Origin: an uncultured Bacilli bacterium
GTDB taxonomy: Bacteria > Bacillota_I > Bacilli_A > RF39 > UBA660
Assembly (NCBI GenBank): GCA_934182615.1
Contig: CAKPRO010000008.1
Span: forward strand, 7,157 to 71,156
Direction of reading: 5' to 3'
Length of the DNA: 64,000 bases
Positions 10,445 to 20,339 of this stretch are shown piece by piece. Position 1 is the first letter of the stretch. Every line of letters starts with the position of its first letter. The notes under the pieces were generated by a model. That model saw only the letters and a program-made list of their open reading frames with translations. It made no database searches and was not told the origin of the DNA. The translations under genes and the position numbers were made by a program.

Positions 10445-11021
10445 TTATTTGTGGGGATTATTTATTGTTATAGGGGTTATTTTTAGTATTATTAATGGTA
10501 ATAATGATATAGGTAATAGTATATTATCTTCGGGGAAAAAGAGTATAGAAATGATAATGGCTATTGTTCCTCTTATGTGTTTATGGCTTGGTACAATGAA
10601 AATAGCGGAGGTATCAGGACTTCTTGATATGATATCTAATAAATTATCTAGAATGGTTAGAGTTTTATTCCCTGAAATACCTAAAGGTGATAGGGCTATT
10701 GGATATATTAGTTCAAATATTGTGATGAATATGTTAGGGCTTGGGAATGCTGCTACTCCATTTGGGCTTAAGGCAATGGGTGAACTTAAAAGACTTAATG
10801 GTAATGATAATGTAGCATCTAGATCAATGATTACTTTTTTAGTTATTAATACGGCATCAGTTACGATTATTCCTACTACTGTTATTAGTATTAGAATGTT
10901 AAATAATAGTATTAATCCTACAGATATTGTACCTGCTACTATTATTACTACTTTTTTATCTACTTTTTTGGCATTATTATTTGATAGATTGTTTTATATT
11001 ATATGGAGAAAGAAAATATGA
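10437..11021 (+). CDS. spmA: Spore maturation protein A (nucleoside-recognition/Gate domain)
   Basis: Membrane protein in the dacB-spmA-spmB arrangement. It overlaps the dacB stop codon. Confidence 0.8.
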   Translation: MINYLWGLFIVIGVIFSIINGNNDIGNSILSSGKKSIEMIMAIVPLMCLWLGTMKIAEVSGLLDMISNKLSRMVRVLFPEIPKGDRAIGYISSNIVMNMLGLGNAATPFGLKAMGELKRLNGNDNVASRSMITFLVINTASVTIIPTTVISIRMLNNSINPTDIVPATIITTFLSTFLALLFDRLFYIIWRKKI

Positions 11022-11530
11022 TTGGGTATTTTATTCCTTTGGTTGTTTGTGTAATTCTTATATATGGTATTTATAAGAAAGTAGATATTTTTGATACTTT
11101 TATAGTAGGAGTAAAAGAGGGAATGAAACTTAGTGTTAATTTGTTTCCTACTATTTTTACTATGATTATTGCTATTACTATGATTACGGATAGTAATGTT
11201 ATTTTTTATATTTGTAATTTATTTGGTTCTTTTTTGGGAAAGATAGGATTTCCTAGTGAAGTTATTCCTTTAGCAATGCTTAGACCAATATCAGGCTCTA
11301 GTTCTTTAGTTCTTTTGAATGATTTACTTAGTAGGTATGGAGCGGATTCTTTTATTGGTAGATTAGCTTCAGTAATGCAGGGATCTACTGATACTACAAT
11401 ATATATTATTAGTATGTATTTTTCTAGTGTTGGGATAAAAAAAATAAAGTATTCTTTACTTGCTGGTTTATTAGCGGATCTTGTTAGTGTTATAATTAGT
11501 TTTATTGTTGTTAAAATTATGTTTGGATAA
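11018..11530 (+). CDS. spmB: Spore maturation protein B
   Basis: Membrane protein downstream of spmA. ATG 11018 follows GGAGAA. ATG 11003 is the alternative start. Confidence 0.8.
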   Translation: MIGYFIPLVVCVILIYGIYKKVDIFDTFIVGVKEGMKLSVNLFPTIFTMIIAITMITDSNVIFYICNLFGSFLGKIGFPSEVIPLAMLRPISGSSSLVLLNDLLSRYGADSFIGRLASVMQGSTDTTIYIISMYFSSVGIKKIKYSLLAGLLADLVSVIISFIVVKIMFG

Positions 11531-11565
11531 AAATAAAAAAGCCTATATAGGCTTTGTAATTATTA

Positions 11566-11642
11566 TGGTAGCGAGAGGGGGATTCGAACCCTCGACCCTT
11601 CGGGTATGAACCGAATGCTCTAGCCAACTGAGCTATCTCGCC
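11566..11642 (-). tRNA. tRNA-Met (CAT), elongator-like
   Basis: Cloverleaf folded by hand with anticodon loop ttCATac and an encoded CCA. It resembles Bacillus elongator tRNA-Met. It has a G1-U72 wobble and an A-C mismatch in the T stem. Confidence 0.85.
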
Positions 11643-11697
11643 GTCAAATGTAATATAATTATATTACATTTTTTTGGTTTTGTCTAGTACTTTTTGA

Positions 11698-12576
11698 TTA
11701 TTTGTATAATTCTTTGTTAAATAATTCTAAATTATTATTCATAATGGTTATATAACTTTCATTTGAATTGGTAATACCACCATCAATTGATTCCATAGTG
11801 TTTATGGTTACTAGTTCAAGATTGTAGTCTTCAATTAGTTTTTGACAGGTTGAGTTTGTTTCAGTGTTTGAAGTATAGATATATTTTATTTCGCCATTTC
11901 TGATTAATTTTTTTACTTCGTCAATAATATTTTCATTTAAGGCATCTGTTTCTTCTAGAGAAATTACTTTTAAGTTATATTTTTCTAGATATTTAAACAT
12001 ATCATTATCAACAACAATTGTTTTATATGGGGCTAGGCTTATTGATTCTTTCATATCAGCGTCTAATCTTGATATATTATATTTTAATTCATCATATTTA
12101 TTTTCAATACCTGTTCCTTCGTCATTAGATATTAGATATGGGTTAGTTATATATTCTAAAAGACCATTTTTAGTGTTTTGAGCCATCATTAAATAGTTAT
12201 ATGGATTAAGCCAAAGTTCGGCGATATCATTTTCATAAGTCATTCCCATTGATACATCTATTACTTTTAATTTTTTGTTGTAATTGATCATCTTTACGGC
12301 ATAGTCTCTTTCACGATCTAGACTATTAAATACGAATAGGTCAGTATTTGAATATTCTTTTAATTTCTTGTCGGATAATTCAAAATCTTTAGTATTTACT
12401 CCGGATGGATAAATACTATAAACAGAACTATTATTACCATATAAACTTGTTATTAGATATTTTATTGGGTAAGTGGTCGTATATATATTAATATTTTCCA
12501 TACTATCTTTAGTTATGTTACATCCTGATAGTAAGAATACTCCTAATAATAATATTAATAATTTTAATTTTTTCAT
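11698..12576 (-). CDS. Lipoprotein of the TroA/ZnuA/PsaA solute-binding family (His-less variant)
   Basis: Lipobox LLSGC. Family-like blocks GVNTKDFELSDKK and IAELWLNPYN are present, but no His occurs anywhere in the mature protein. Confidence 0.55.
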   Translation of the reverse strand: MKKLKLLILLLGVFLLSGCNITKDSMENINIYTTTYPIKYLITSLYGNNSSVYSIYPSGVNTKDFELSDKKLKEYSNTDLFVFNSLDRERDYAVKMINYNKKLKVIDVSMGMTYENDIAELWLNPYNYLMMAQNTKNGLLEYITNPYLISNDEGTGIENKYDELKYNISRLDADMKESISLAPYKTIVVDNDMFKYLEKYNLKVISLEETDALNENIIDEVKKLIRNGEIKYIYTSNTETNSTCQKLIEDYNLELVTINTMESIDGGITNSNESYITIMNNNLELFNKELYK

Positions 12577-12716
12577 TTTTATTCCTTCTTTCATTCTTTT
12601 TATATATTAATATTACTATATTTTTATTTTTTTGTAAATAGATAGAAAAAATAAATTTTTATTATTGATAAAAATACATATATATTGTATAATTATATTG
12701 ATGATAGGAGAGTACT

Positions 12717-15326
12717 ATGAGAGAGATAATAAAAAGAAATGGTAAGTTTTTGATAATTATGTTATTGATCGTTGTTTTTGGTATAATTGGTGTTACTGTG
12801 GCTATTAAAGTTGGTAATTTTAATCCTATTAACTTAAGTACTAAGACAGCTAATATTGATTTAAATTTAACCTATGATACGGCGGTTAACGAGGCTAAAG
12901 TTACTAGTACGGATAAGATGCTTCCGATAGCGGATTCTTTGGTTACTGGGCCTACGGTTAGTGATGAAAGGGTATTAAAAGTTAAGTTTATGGTTACTGG
13001 TAAAGCTAGTAATCCAAGTAATACAATATATGATATTGCTCTTCATAATGCTGAAATTGATTGTGCTCTTCGGACAGAGGATTTGAAATGGCGTTTATAT
13101 AAGAATAATACTTTAATTTCTTCGGGTAATTTATCGCCAACATTTGATACTATGTCTGGTCAAAGATTGGTTCTTACTAATACACAACAAGATTTGACTA
13201 CTTCTACGGATACTTATGTATTTTTACTTTGGATTAGTGAGTCTTGCACTGGTGATATTAAGTCTTGTACTAAAGAACAAGATCAAAGCAAGTATTTAAA
13301 TAAATCTTTAACAGCGGATATTAAGATTGAACTTTCTACTAAGAGTAAAAAGGAACTTGTTAGAACTACTGGTAGTGCATTGTCTTGTAGTTATGTTGCA
13401 ACAAGTATTCCTAGTTGTAATACTGCTACATACGATGGTACTGAGCAGGTATTAATTAATGATGGAGACTATTATACTTTAGATAGGGCTACTGGTATTA
13501 ATGCTGGTACATATGCTGTTACTGCTAGGGTAAAAGATGGTTATAAGTGGACTGATGGTAGTACTGATCCTAAGGTTGTTAGTTGTAATATAAATAAAAG
13601 AAGTGTATCTATTACTAGTGATGATTTATCTGTTGATGTTGGCAGTTTTGATAATCATGATACTAGTGCTATTATTGCTAATAATTTAGTATCAGGGCAT
13701 TCTGTTAGTTATGTATTTATTAATTCTAGTGTTGCTGGGGTTGGTAGTGGTACAGCAACTCCGACTGCTGTTAAGATTGTCGATAGTAGTAATAATGATG
13801 TTACAGATAATTATAATATTGCTTATAATTCTGGTTCTATTGATGTTAAATGTATTAATACGGCTACTGCTCCAACAGTATCTAATCTGATATATACTGG
13901 GGCTACACTAACTGGAGTAAGTGGTGGAAGTAATGTTGTTATTACTGGTAGTAAAACAGCCAAAGATATGGGAAATTATAAGGTTACTGTTAAACCAGAG
14001 AGTAATTATTGTTGGAGTGATTATTCTACTGATGAGAAAACGTTTACTTGGTCAATTGGTAGTAATATGCTTAATGCTACTATTGCTAATAAGACTGTTA
14101 CTTATACTGGATCTGCTGTTAGTTCAAATGCAGTTGTTATTAAAGATTCTAATGGTAATACTATTACAGGACCTACTGTTACATATAAATATTATAGTGG
14201 TTCTAGTTGTTCGACATCTATTACTAGTGCTCCGACAGCGGCGGGTAATTATTCTGTTAAGGCTATTATATCTGCGTATGGTGCCTATCAAGCTACGGAA
14301 AGTAATTGTGCTTTGATAACTATTAATAAGAAAAGTTCTAGTATAAGTCTTAGTTCGTTTCCAACTTCTTTAGTTTATAGTACTGGTACTAGAAGTTATT
14401 CTTATACTTATACTGGTGATAGTACTACTCCTAGTATTACTTGTTCTAGTTCTAATACTTCTATTGCTACTTGTAATGTTGATACTACTAATAAAAAGAT
14501 TAATGTTGTTTCTAAAGGAATTGGTAGTACTACTATTACAGTTAAGGCTGCTGCTACTAGTACTTATAATGCTTCTTCAGTTAGTAAATCGTTATCTATT
14601 ACTTGTTTGAATACGGCTACTGAACCTACTAGTAAAGGTAGTGTTACTTATACTGGCAGTGTTATTACTGGTGTAAGTGGAGGAAGTAATATTACTTTAT
14701 CTGGTACTAAATCGGCTACTTCGGTTGGTAATTATACGGTTACGGCAACACCTAATACAGGTTATTGTTGGAGTAATAATACTATGACTACGAAGAGTTA
14801 TTCTTGGAGTATTGTGGCTTCTAAAACGGCTACTGAGCCTTCAGTATATAATTATACTTATAATTGTAATACACCTACTGTTACTGGTGTAAGTGGAGGT
14901 AATAATGTTACTTTATCTGGTACTACTTCTAGTAGTAGTACAGGAACGTTTACTGCTTATGCAACTCCAAAAACTAATTATGCATGGAGTGATGGTACTA
15001 CTGCTTCAAAAAGTTATACTTGGACAGTAGCGGCTCATACACACGTATTTACTGCTCGTGGTAATACTAAGTTTAGTACAGGATTTACTTGGACTTCTGG
15101 TGGTAATAGTTATACGACAGCATATGCTATTTATTGTAGAACTTGTGGTATGTCAGCTTTATATTATAAGAATAATTATGATAGTTCTGAGACTTCACTT
15201 ATGAGTCCATCTTATCCATATGGTACATCAGACGGATATTTGATATTTAGTGATAGTTCTGTTACATATGCTAAATATAAGGCTCATAGTTGTGGGTTAT
15301 CTGGATCTACTATTACGGGATATTAA
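12717..15326 (+). CDS. Large secreted/surface protein with repeated Ig-like (MBG-type) modules
   Basis: N-terminal anchor, family N-domain, then repeats of ..YTG..(L/I)TGVSGGSN(V/I)..SG(S/T)K.A...G.Y.VT..P...Y.WSD....K...W.I. Confidence 0.7.
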   Translation: MREIIKRNGKFLIIMLLIVVFGIIGVTVAIKVGNFNPINLSTKTANIDLNLTYDTAVNEAKVTSTDKMLPIADSLVTGPTVSDERVLKVKFMVTGKASNPSNTIYDIALHNAEIDCALRTEDLKWRLYKNNTLISSGNLSPTFDTMSGQRLVLTNTQQDLTTSTDTYVFLLWISESCTGDIKSCTKEQDQSKYLNKSLTADIKIELSTKSKKELVRTTGSALSCSYVATSIPSCNTATYDGTEQVLINDGDYYTLDRATGINAGTYAVTARVKDGYKWTDGSTDPKVVSCNINKRSVSITSDDLSVDVGSFDNHDTSAIIANNLVSGHSVSYVFINSSVAGVGSGTATPTAVKIVDSSNNDVTDNYNIAYNSGSIDVKCINTATAPTVSNLIYTGATLTGVSGGSNVVITGSKTAKDMGNYKVTVKPESNYCWSDYSTDEKTFTWSIGSNMLNATIANKTVTYTGSAVSSNAVVIKDSNGNTITGPTVTYKYYSGSSCSTSITSAPTAAGNYSVKAIISAYGAYQATESNCALITINKKSSSISLSSFPTSLVYSTGTRSYSYTYTGDSTTPSITCSSSNTSIATCNVDTTNKKINVVSKGIGSTTITVKAAATSTYNASSVSKSLSITCLNTATEPTSKGSVTYTGSVITGVSGGSNITLSGTKSATSVGNYTVTATPNTGYCWSNNTMTTKSYSWSIVASKTATEPSVYNYTYNCNTPTVTGVSGGNNVTLSGTTSSSSTGTFTAYATPKTNYAWSDGTTASKSYTWTVAAHTHVFTARGNTKFSTGFTWTSGGNSYTTAYAIYCRTCGMSALYYKNNYDSSETSLMSPSYPYGTSDGYLIFSDSSVTYAKYKAHSCGLSGSTITGY

Positions 15327-15356
15327 GACTATTGATTAATAGTCTTTTCTTTTTGT
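15325..15356 (+). terminator. Intrinsic terminator
   Basis: aagactatt/aatagtctt hairpin followed by a T-rich tail. Confidence 0.75.
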
Positions 15357-15394
15357 TTAAAATGTTATATAATATTAGGGAAAGAAGGAAGATT

Positions 15395-16423
15395 ATGAAG
15401 ACAGATGATTTTGATTATTATTTACCTGAAGAACTTATCGCTCAAGTACCATTAGAGCATAGAGAAGAATCTAGATTATTAGTACTTGATAAGAATAATG
15501 GTGATATGATTGATGATAAATTTTATGATATAGTTAATTATTTGAATAAGGGTGATGTTTTAGTACTTAATGATACTAAGGTTATGCCTGCTAGATTGAT
15601 AGGAGAAAAAATTGATACAGGAGCAGTTATTGAAGTATTACTTCTTAAGAATATTAATGAGGATAATTGGGAATGTTTGGTTAAACCCGCTAAAAGGGTT
15701 AAGGAAGGTACTATTATTTCTTTTGGTGATGGTAATCTTAAGGCTAAATGTACTAAGATAGGTGAAGATGGTATTAGGGAATTTACTTTTATATATGATG
15801 GTATTTTTTATGAAATATTAGATAAACTTGGTACTATGCCACTTCCTCCATATATTAAAGTTAAATTAGAAGATAAAGATAGATATCAGACAGTATATGC
15901 TAAGAATATTGGTAGTGCTGCTGCTCCGACTGCAGGACTTCATTTTACTAAGGAATTATTAAAAGAAATAGAAGATAAGGGTATTACTATTTGTTATATT
16001 ACTTTACATGTAGGACTGGGTACTTTTAGACCAGTAGCAGTAGAAGATGTTACTAAACATAAGATGCATAGTGAGTTTTATAGTATGACTAAAGAAGTAG
16101 CGAATACTTTAAATATGGCTAAATTAGAAGGAAGAAATATAATTGCAGTAGGTACTACTACTACTAGAACATTAGAAACGATTATGAATAAGTATAATAC
16201 ATTTAAAGAGTGTTCTGGATGGACAGATATCTTTATATATCCTGGATATGAATTTAAAGGTATAGATGGACTTATTACTAATTTTCATTTACCTAAATCT
16301 ACATTAGTAATGTTGGTATCAGCATTTGCTAGTAAAGAAATAATATTAAATGCTTATAAGCATGCAGTTGAAGATAAATATAGGTTTTTCTCATTTGGAG
16401 ATGCTATGTTTATTCATAAATAA
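15395..16423 (+). CDS. queA: S-adenosylmethionine:tRNA ribosyltransferase-isomerase
   Basis: [17 protein letters not shown] start, which is typical of QueA. ATG 15395 follows GAAGGAAG. The upstream extension in the ORF track is spurious. Confidence 0.93.
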   Translation: MKTDDFDYYLPEELIAQVPLEHREESRLLVLDKNNGDMIDDKFYDIVNYLNKGDVLVLNDTKVMPARLIGEKIDTGAVIEVLLLKNINEDNWECLVKPAKRVKEGTIISFGDGNLKAKCTKIGEDGIREFTFIYDGIFYEILDKLGTMPLPPYIKVKLEDKDRYQTVYAKNIGSAAAPTAGLHFTKELLKEIEDKGITICYITLHVGLGTFRPVAVEDVTKHKMHSEFYSMTKEVANTLNMAKLEGRNIIAVGTTTTRTLETIMNKYNTFKECSGWTDIFIYPGYEFKGIDGLITNFHLPKSTLVMLVSAFASKEIILNAYKHAVEDKYRFFSFGDAMFIHK

Positions 16424-16437
16424 TTTTAAGAAAACTA

Positions 16438-16466
16438 TTTACAAACTACTAAAATTATTATATAAT
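16438..16466 (+). promoter_or_regulatory. Promoter of tRNA-Leu
   Basis: TTTACA, 17-nt spacer, TATAAT. The -10 is bracketed by the 9-bp inverted repeat actactaaa/tttagtagt. Confidence 0.55.
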
Positions 16467-16477
16467 TTAGTAGTAAT

Positions 16478-16563
16478 GCCAGCCTGGCGGAATGGTAGAC
16501 GCGGTAGACTCAAAATCTACTACTAGTGATAGTGTGAGGGTTCAAGTCCCTTGGCTGGTACCA
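16478..16563 (+). tRNA. tRNA-Leu (CAA)
   Basis: Class II cloverleaf with a long variable arm, anticodon loop ctCAAaa and an encoded CCA. Confidence 0.9.
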
Positions 16564-16574
16564 ATAGAAAAGTT

Positions 16575-16602
16575 AGAGAACCTTGAAAAGTTCTCTTTTT
16601 TG
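16575..16602 (+). terminator. Intrinsic terminator after tRNA-Leu
   Basis: agagaac/gttctct hairpin followed by T6. Confidence 0.75.
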
Positions 16603-16636
16603 TGTTATAATAGGCAGTACTTAGGAGGAGTATGAT

Positions 16637-17416
16637 ATGAAAAAGATTGATGATATAAGTTTTTTTAGACAATTGTTTTTGGAACTTAAGAAAAATGGTG
16701 TTGAAGAATGTGATGTTGTAGAACTTAGTAAGAAATTGTATCCTTATTTTGAAAGTAAAGAATATAATAAATTATTTTCATTAAGTTCTAGTAAAATACA
16801 AAGTAGAGTAGTGATTAATAATATGCTCGAATATTTTACTAAGCGTTCTAAAGAATTACTTTATAGTGGAAATAGTAGAGTATTTGAATTAAATCCTAGA
16901 GACAATGTAGAAATTATTAGTAGAATGCAGTTAGATGTTATTAGATCTTTAGCGGATACTTTAACTATTATTAAGAGTGTTGAAGATAAATATAATGTTA
17001 AAATATATAATTTTAATCCTGCTTTAAATTATAATTTATTAAATGCTAGAGGTAAATATTTGAATTTAAATCAAAGATTGGTATCTGATGCTGATAGTAG
17101 TAAGAAAAAGATTACTATGATAGATACTTTATCTTTATATGAATGTCCAATTGATGATGCATTTTGTAGTTTTGAAGATGGCGTTGGTATAGATATTAAG
17201 ATACCTAGTAGTGCTAGTTATGTTATAGTACATAGTTATAGTAGAACTTTAAAGGGTGAATATACTGATAGTAGAATTTATACTAAAGAGACTGCTGTTG
17301 ATAAGCTTAATGAGATGGCTCTAGTAGGAGAAGATTCAATGAGGGAGTTTTTGGATGATTTAAATATGAATGATGTTAAAAGTGCTCCTAAAGTTTTGGT
17401 TAGAAAATTAAAATAA
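16637..17416 (+). CDS. Hypothetical protein (259 aa), no motif recognised
   Basis: Long ORF with RBS aggagg, its own terminator (about 17440-17475), and coding-like composition. Confidence 0.6.
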   Translation: MKKIDDISFFRQLFLELKKNGVEECDVVELSKKLYPYFESKEYNKLFSLSSSKIQSRVVINNMLEYFTKRSKELLYSGNSRVFELNPRDNVEIISRMQLDVIRSLADTLTIIKSVEDKYNVKIYNFNPALNYNLLNARGKYLNLNQRLVSDADSSKKKITMIDTLSLYECPIDDAFCSFEDGVGIDIKIPSSASYVIVHSYSRTLKGEYTDSRIYTKETAVDKLNEMALVGEDSMREFLDDLNMNDVKSAPKVLVRKLK

Positions 17417-17631
17417 TGATTAGTAAATATTTGTTTGTAAGAGAAAAAGTTAACTAGTAGTTTTTTCTCTTTTTAATTGCTTTATTTATAAGGAATTATA
17501 TTTAAAATACACGAACAATTAACTTGTATATTAAAATTAAAAAATTGTGAAAAATTAAAAAAATAGGAAACGGTGATTTTTATAAAATAAGAAAAAATAA
17601 AAAAATAATTGACATATAATATGGCACCGTC

Positions 17632-17647
17632 ACACTATATAAAGCCT
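17632..17647. promoter_or_regulatory. Candidate NrdR box (distal)
   Basis: ACACTATATAAAGCCT matches 13 of 16 positions of the remembered consensus acaCwAtATaTwGtgt. Confidence 0.3.
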
Positions 17648-17792
17648 TTAAATATAAGCAATTATGTGATATAGGATACAAAAATAGTAAATTAATAAAA
17701 AATAGAAAAAATTGAAAAAGAGAAAAATATAAAAAATAAAAAAAGTAAAAAAACAGAAAAATGTAAAAAATAAAAAATACGAACAAAAAGTA

Positions 17793-17825
17793 TTGACAAA
17801 GAACTTTCTAGACTATATAATGGTA
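17793..17825 (+). promoter_or_regulatory. nrdD promoter with an overlapping weaker NrdR-like box
   Basis: TTGACA (17793-17798), 17-nt spacer, TATAAT (17816-17821). AGACTATATAATGGTA (17810-17825) matches 11 of 16 positions of the NrdR consensus. Confidence 0.5.
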
Positions 17826-17848
17826 TCTGTAAGGTAGGAGGAAGAAGT

Positions 17849-20146
17849 ATGGTTGAAACTGAAGAAAAGTTAGAAACTATTGAAGTAGTTAAAAGAAATG
17901 GCAAGAAAGTAGAGTTCGATGGAACTAAAGTTGCTCTTGCTATTAAGAAAGGCTTTGATAGTATTTTAATTGAAGAAGATGAAAAAAAATATAGTGAGAA
18001 AGATATTCAAAAAGTATATCAAGCAGTTATTAAGAAGATAGCTAAAGAATATTTACCACTAGGAAAAATAAAAATAGAGGAAGTTCAAGACTTGATTGAA
18101 GATATGCTAAAAAAATATGATTATATTGATGTATATGAATCATTTTCAGAATATCGTCAAAGAAGAGCAGCAGCTCGTATAGCGTTTAGAGATGACAAGA
18201 TACAAGCTAAGCTGCAGAAGAGTATTGAAGGACTTGGACTTAAGTCTGCAAATGAAGAAGATAGCAAAAGAGAGAATGCCAATATTGATGGTAATTCTGC
18301 AATGGGTACTATGTTACAATTTGGTAGTACTATATCAAGAGTATTTACTGAGACATATTTAATGAAAAAGAAATTTGCAGAGGCTCATGATAATGGTGAT
18401 ATTCATATTCATGATATGGACTTTGAAGCTATGGGTACTACTACTTGTATGCAAATAGATTTGAATAAGTTATTTAAAGGTGGTTTTTCTACTGGACATG
18501 GACATCTTAGAGAACCTAAAGATATTATGAGTTATTCAGCACTAGCAGCAATAGCTATCCAATCTAATCAAAATGATCAACACGGAGGGCAATCAATACC
18601 AGCATTTGACTATTATTTAGCACCTGGTGTACTTAAAACATTTAAAAAGATGTTTAAACAAGCAGTATATGAATTATTAGATTTTACTGATTTTATTAGT
18701 TTTATAAATATGGATAGAGTAGAGAAAGAAATTGATAAGTTATCTAGTATTGACTTAGATATTACTATATTTGAACCTATTTATAAAGAGAGTACTGAAG
18801 TAAAGAGAATCTTTGAAAAAGCTTATGAAACAGCTTATAAGAAAACAGATAGACAAACATATCAAGCAATGGAAGCATTCGTTCATAATCTAAACACAAT
18901 GCATTCAAGAGCAGGAGCACAAGTACCGTTTTCTAGTATTAATTTTGGTACTGATACATCACCTGAAGGTAGAATGGTTATTAAGAATTTCTTATTATCT
19001 ATTGATGCTGGGCTTGGTAAGAATGAAACTCCAATATTCCCAATATCAATATTTAAAGTTAAGAAAGGTGTAAACTATGATCCAGAGGATCCGAACTATG
19101 ATTTATTTAAATTATCATGTAAAGTATCTTCAAAGAGATTATTCCCTAACTTCTCATTTATGGATTCGTCATTTAATAAACCTTATTATAAGGGAGACTA
19201 TAATACTGAAGTAGGATACATGGGATGTAGAACTAGAGTAATTGGTAATGTTGTAGACGAAGATAAGGCTGTTACTCCTGGTAGAGGTAATTTATCATTT
19301 ACTTCAATTAACTTACCTAGACTTGGTATTAAACATGGTATTGTAAGAAATGATGAGACTGATATGAAAGGCTTCTACGAAGAACTAGGAGAACTTATGG
19401 ATTTAGTTAAAGATCAATTACTTGAAAGATTTGAAATTCAATGTAATAAGAGACTTTATAATTTCCCATTCTTATTAGGACAGGGAGTATGGATTGATTC
19501 AGATAAGTTAAAACCTAATGATAGATTAAGAAAGATACTTAAACATGGTACTTTATCAATTGGTTTTATTGGTCTTGCTGAATGTCTTAAGGCTTTAATT
19601 GGTAAACATCATGGTGAGAGTGATGAGGCTCAAAAACTAGGACTTGAGATTATTGAATTTATGAGAAATAGATGTGATGAGTATGCTAAAGAATATAAGT
19701 TAAACTTTACTTTACTTGCTACTCCAGCAGAAGGTTTATCGGGTAGATTTATTAATATAGATAAGGCTGTATATGGTAAGATTAAGGGCGTTACTGATAG
19801 AGAATACTATACTAATTCATTCCATGTACCAGTATATTATAATATATCAATAGTAAATAAAATTAAGAAGGAAGGTCCATATCATAAATATACTAATGCT
19901 GGTCATATTAGTTATATTGAGTTAGATGGTGATACTACGAATAACTTAGAGGCATTTGAAAAGATAATTAGATTAATGTATGAAAATGATATGGGATATG
20001 CTGCAATTAACCATCCAGTAGATAGAGATCCAGTATGTGGTTATGTTGGTGTAATCGGAGATGTTTGCCCTGGATGTGGTAGAAAAGCATATGAAGGTGT
20101 TCCAATAGAAAGGGTAAATGACTATAAAAATAGTTGTAATTGTTAA
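17849..20146 (+). CDS. nrdD: Anaerobic ribonucleoside-triphosphate reductase, large part (ATP-cone to zinc ribbon, no glycyl-radical motif)
   Basis: N-terminal ATP-cone (VVKRNGKKVEFD), class III RNR core, and C-terminal CGY...CPGCG zinc ribbon. It stops before any RxxGY glycyl-radical motif. Confidence 0.9.
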   Translation: MVETEEKLETIEVVKRNGKKVEFDGTKVALAIKKGFDSILIEEDEKKYSEKDIQKVYQAVIKKIAKEYLPLGKIKIEEVQDLIEDMLKKYDYIDVYESFSEYRQRRAAARIAFRDDKIQAKLQKSIEGLGLKSANEEDSKRENANIDGNSAMGTMLQFGSTISRVFTETYLMKKKFAEAHDNGDIHIHDMDFEAMGTTTCMQIDLNKLFKGGFSTGHGHLREPKDIMSYSALAAIAIQSNQNDQHGGQSIPAFDYYLAPGVLKTFKKMFKQAVYELLDFTDFISFINMDRVEKEIDKLSSIDLDITIFEPIYKESTEVKRIFEKAYETAYKKTDRQTYQAMEAFVHNLNTMHSRAGAQVPFSSINFGTDTSPEGRMVIKNFLLSIDAGLGKNETPIFPISIFKVKKGVNYDPEDPNYDLFKLSCKVSSKRLFPNFSFMDSSFNKPYYKGDYNTEVGYMGCRTRVIGNVVDEDKAVTPGRGNLSFTSINLPRLGIKHGIVRNDETDMKGFYEELGELMDLVKDQLLERFEIQCNKRLYNFPFLLGQGVWIDSDKLKPNDRLRKILKHGTLSIGFIGLAECLKALIGKHHGESDEAQKLGLEIIEFMRNRCDEYAKEYKLNFTLLATPAEGLSGRFINIDKAVYGKIKGVTDREYYTNSFHVPVYYNISIVNKIKKEGPYHKYTNAGHISYIELDGDTTNNLEAFEKIIRLMYENDMGYAAINHPVDRDPVCGYVGVIGDVCPGCGRKAYEGVPIERVNDYKNSCNC

Positions 20147-20168
20147 ATAAAGAAAAGAGGTAATTAAA

Positions 20169-20339
20169 ATGAAAGAAGAAACTAAAGAAAAATTAGTAGG
20201 TGAGGGTGTAGGTTTTGAAAGAATTAGAAGAATTACTGGATATCTAGTAGGTACTGTAGACAGATTTAATAACGGTAAAAGAGCAGAAGAAAGAGATAGA
20301 GTAAAACACGGTACTGAAGGATTACTTTCTAATAAATAA
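20169..20339 (+). CDS. Stand-alone glycyl-radical domain of NrdD (56 aa)
   Basis: Absent from the ORF track because it is under 60 aa. RBS aagagg. The translation contains FERIRRITGYLVGTVDRFNNGKRAEERDRVKH, the canonical NrdD C-terminal radical motif. Its stop overlaps the nrdG start (taATG). Confidence 0.8.
   Translation: MKEETKEKLVGEGVGFERIRRITGYLVGTVDRFNNGKRAEERDRVKHGTEGLLSNK

Noticed and set aside
11646-11676. 12-bp palindrome aaatgtaatata/tatattacattt between the lipoprotein gene and tRNA-Met
   Set aside because: The T-run is on the wrong strand for terminating the minus-strand genes. It is AT-only sequence and may be chance or a processing hairpin, so no claim is made.
13921-14610. Leu/Val-rich plus-strand ORFs (131 and 64 aa) inside the 12717 gene
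   Set aside because: They are out-of-frame readings of the ACT/GGT/AGT-rich repeat region of the large surface-protein gene.
17580-17904. Two minus-strand ORFs (68 and 70 aa) rich in Phe
   Set aside because: They are translations of the A-tract array upstream of nrdD, so they are low-complexity artefacts.
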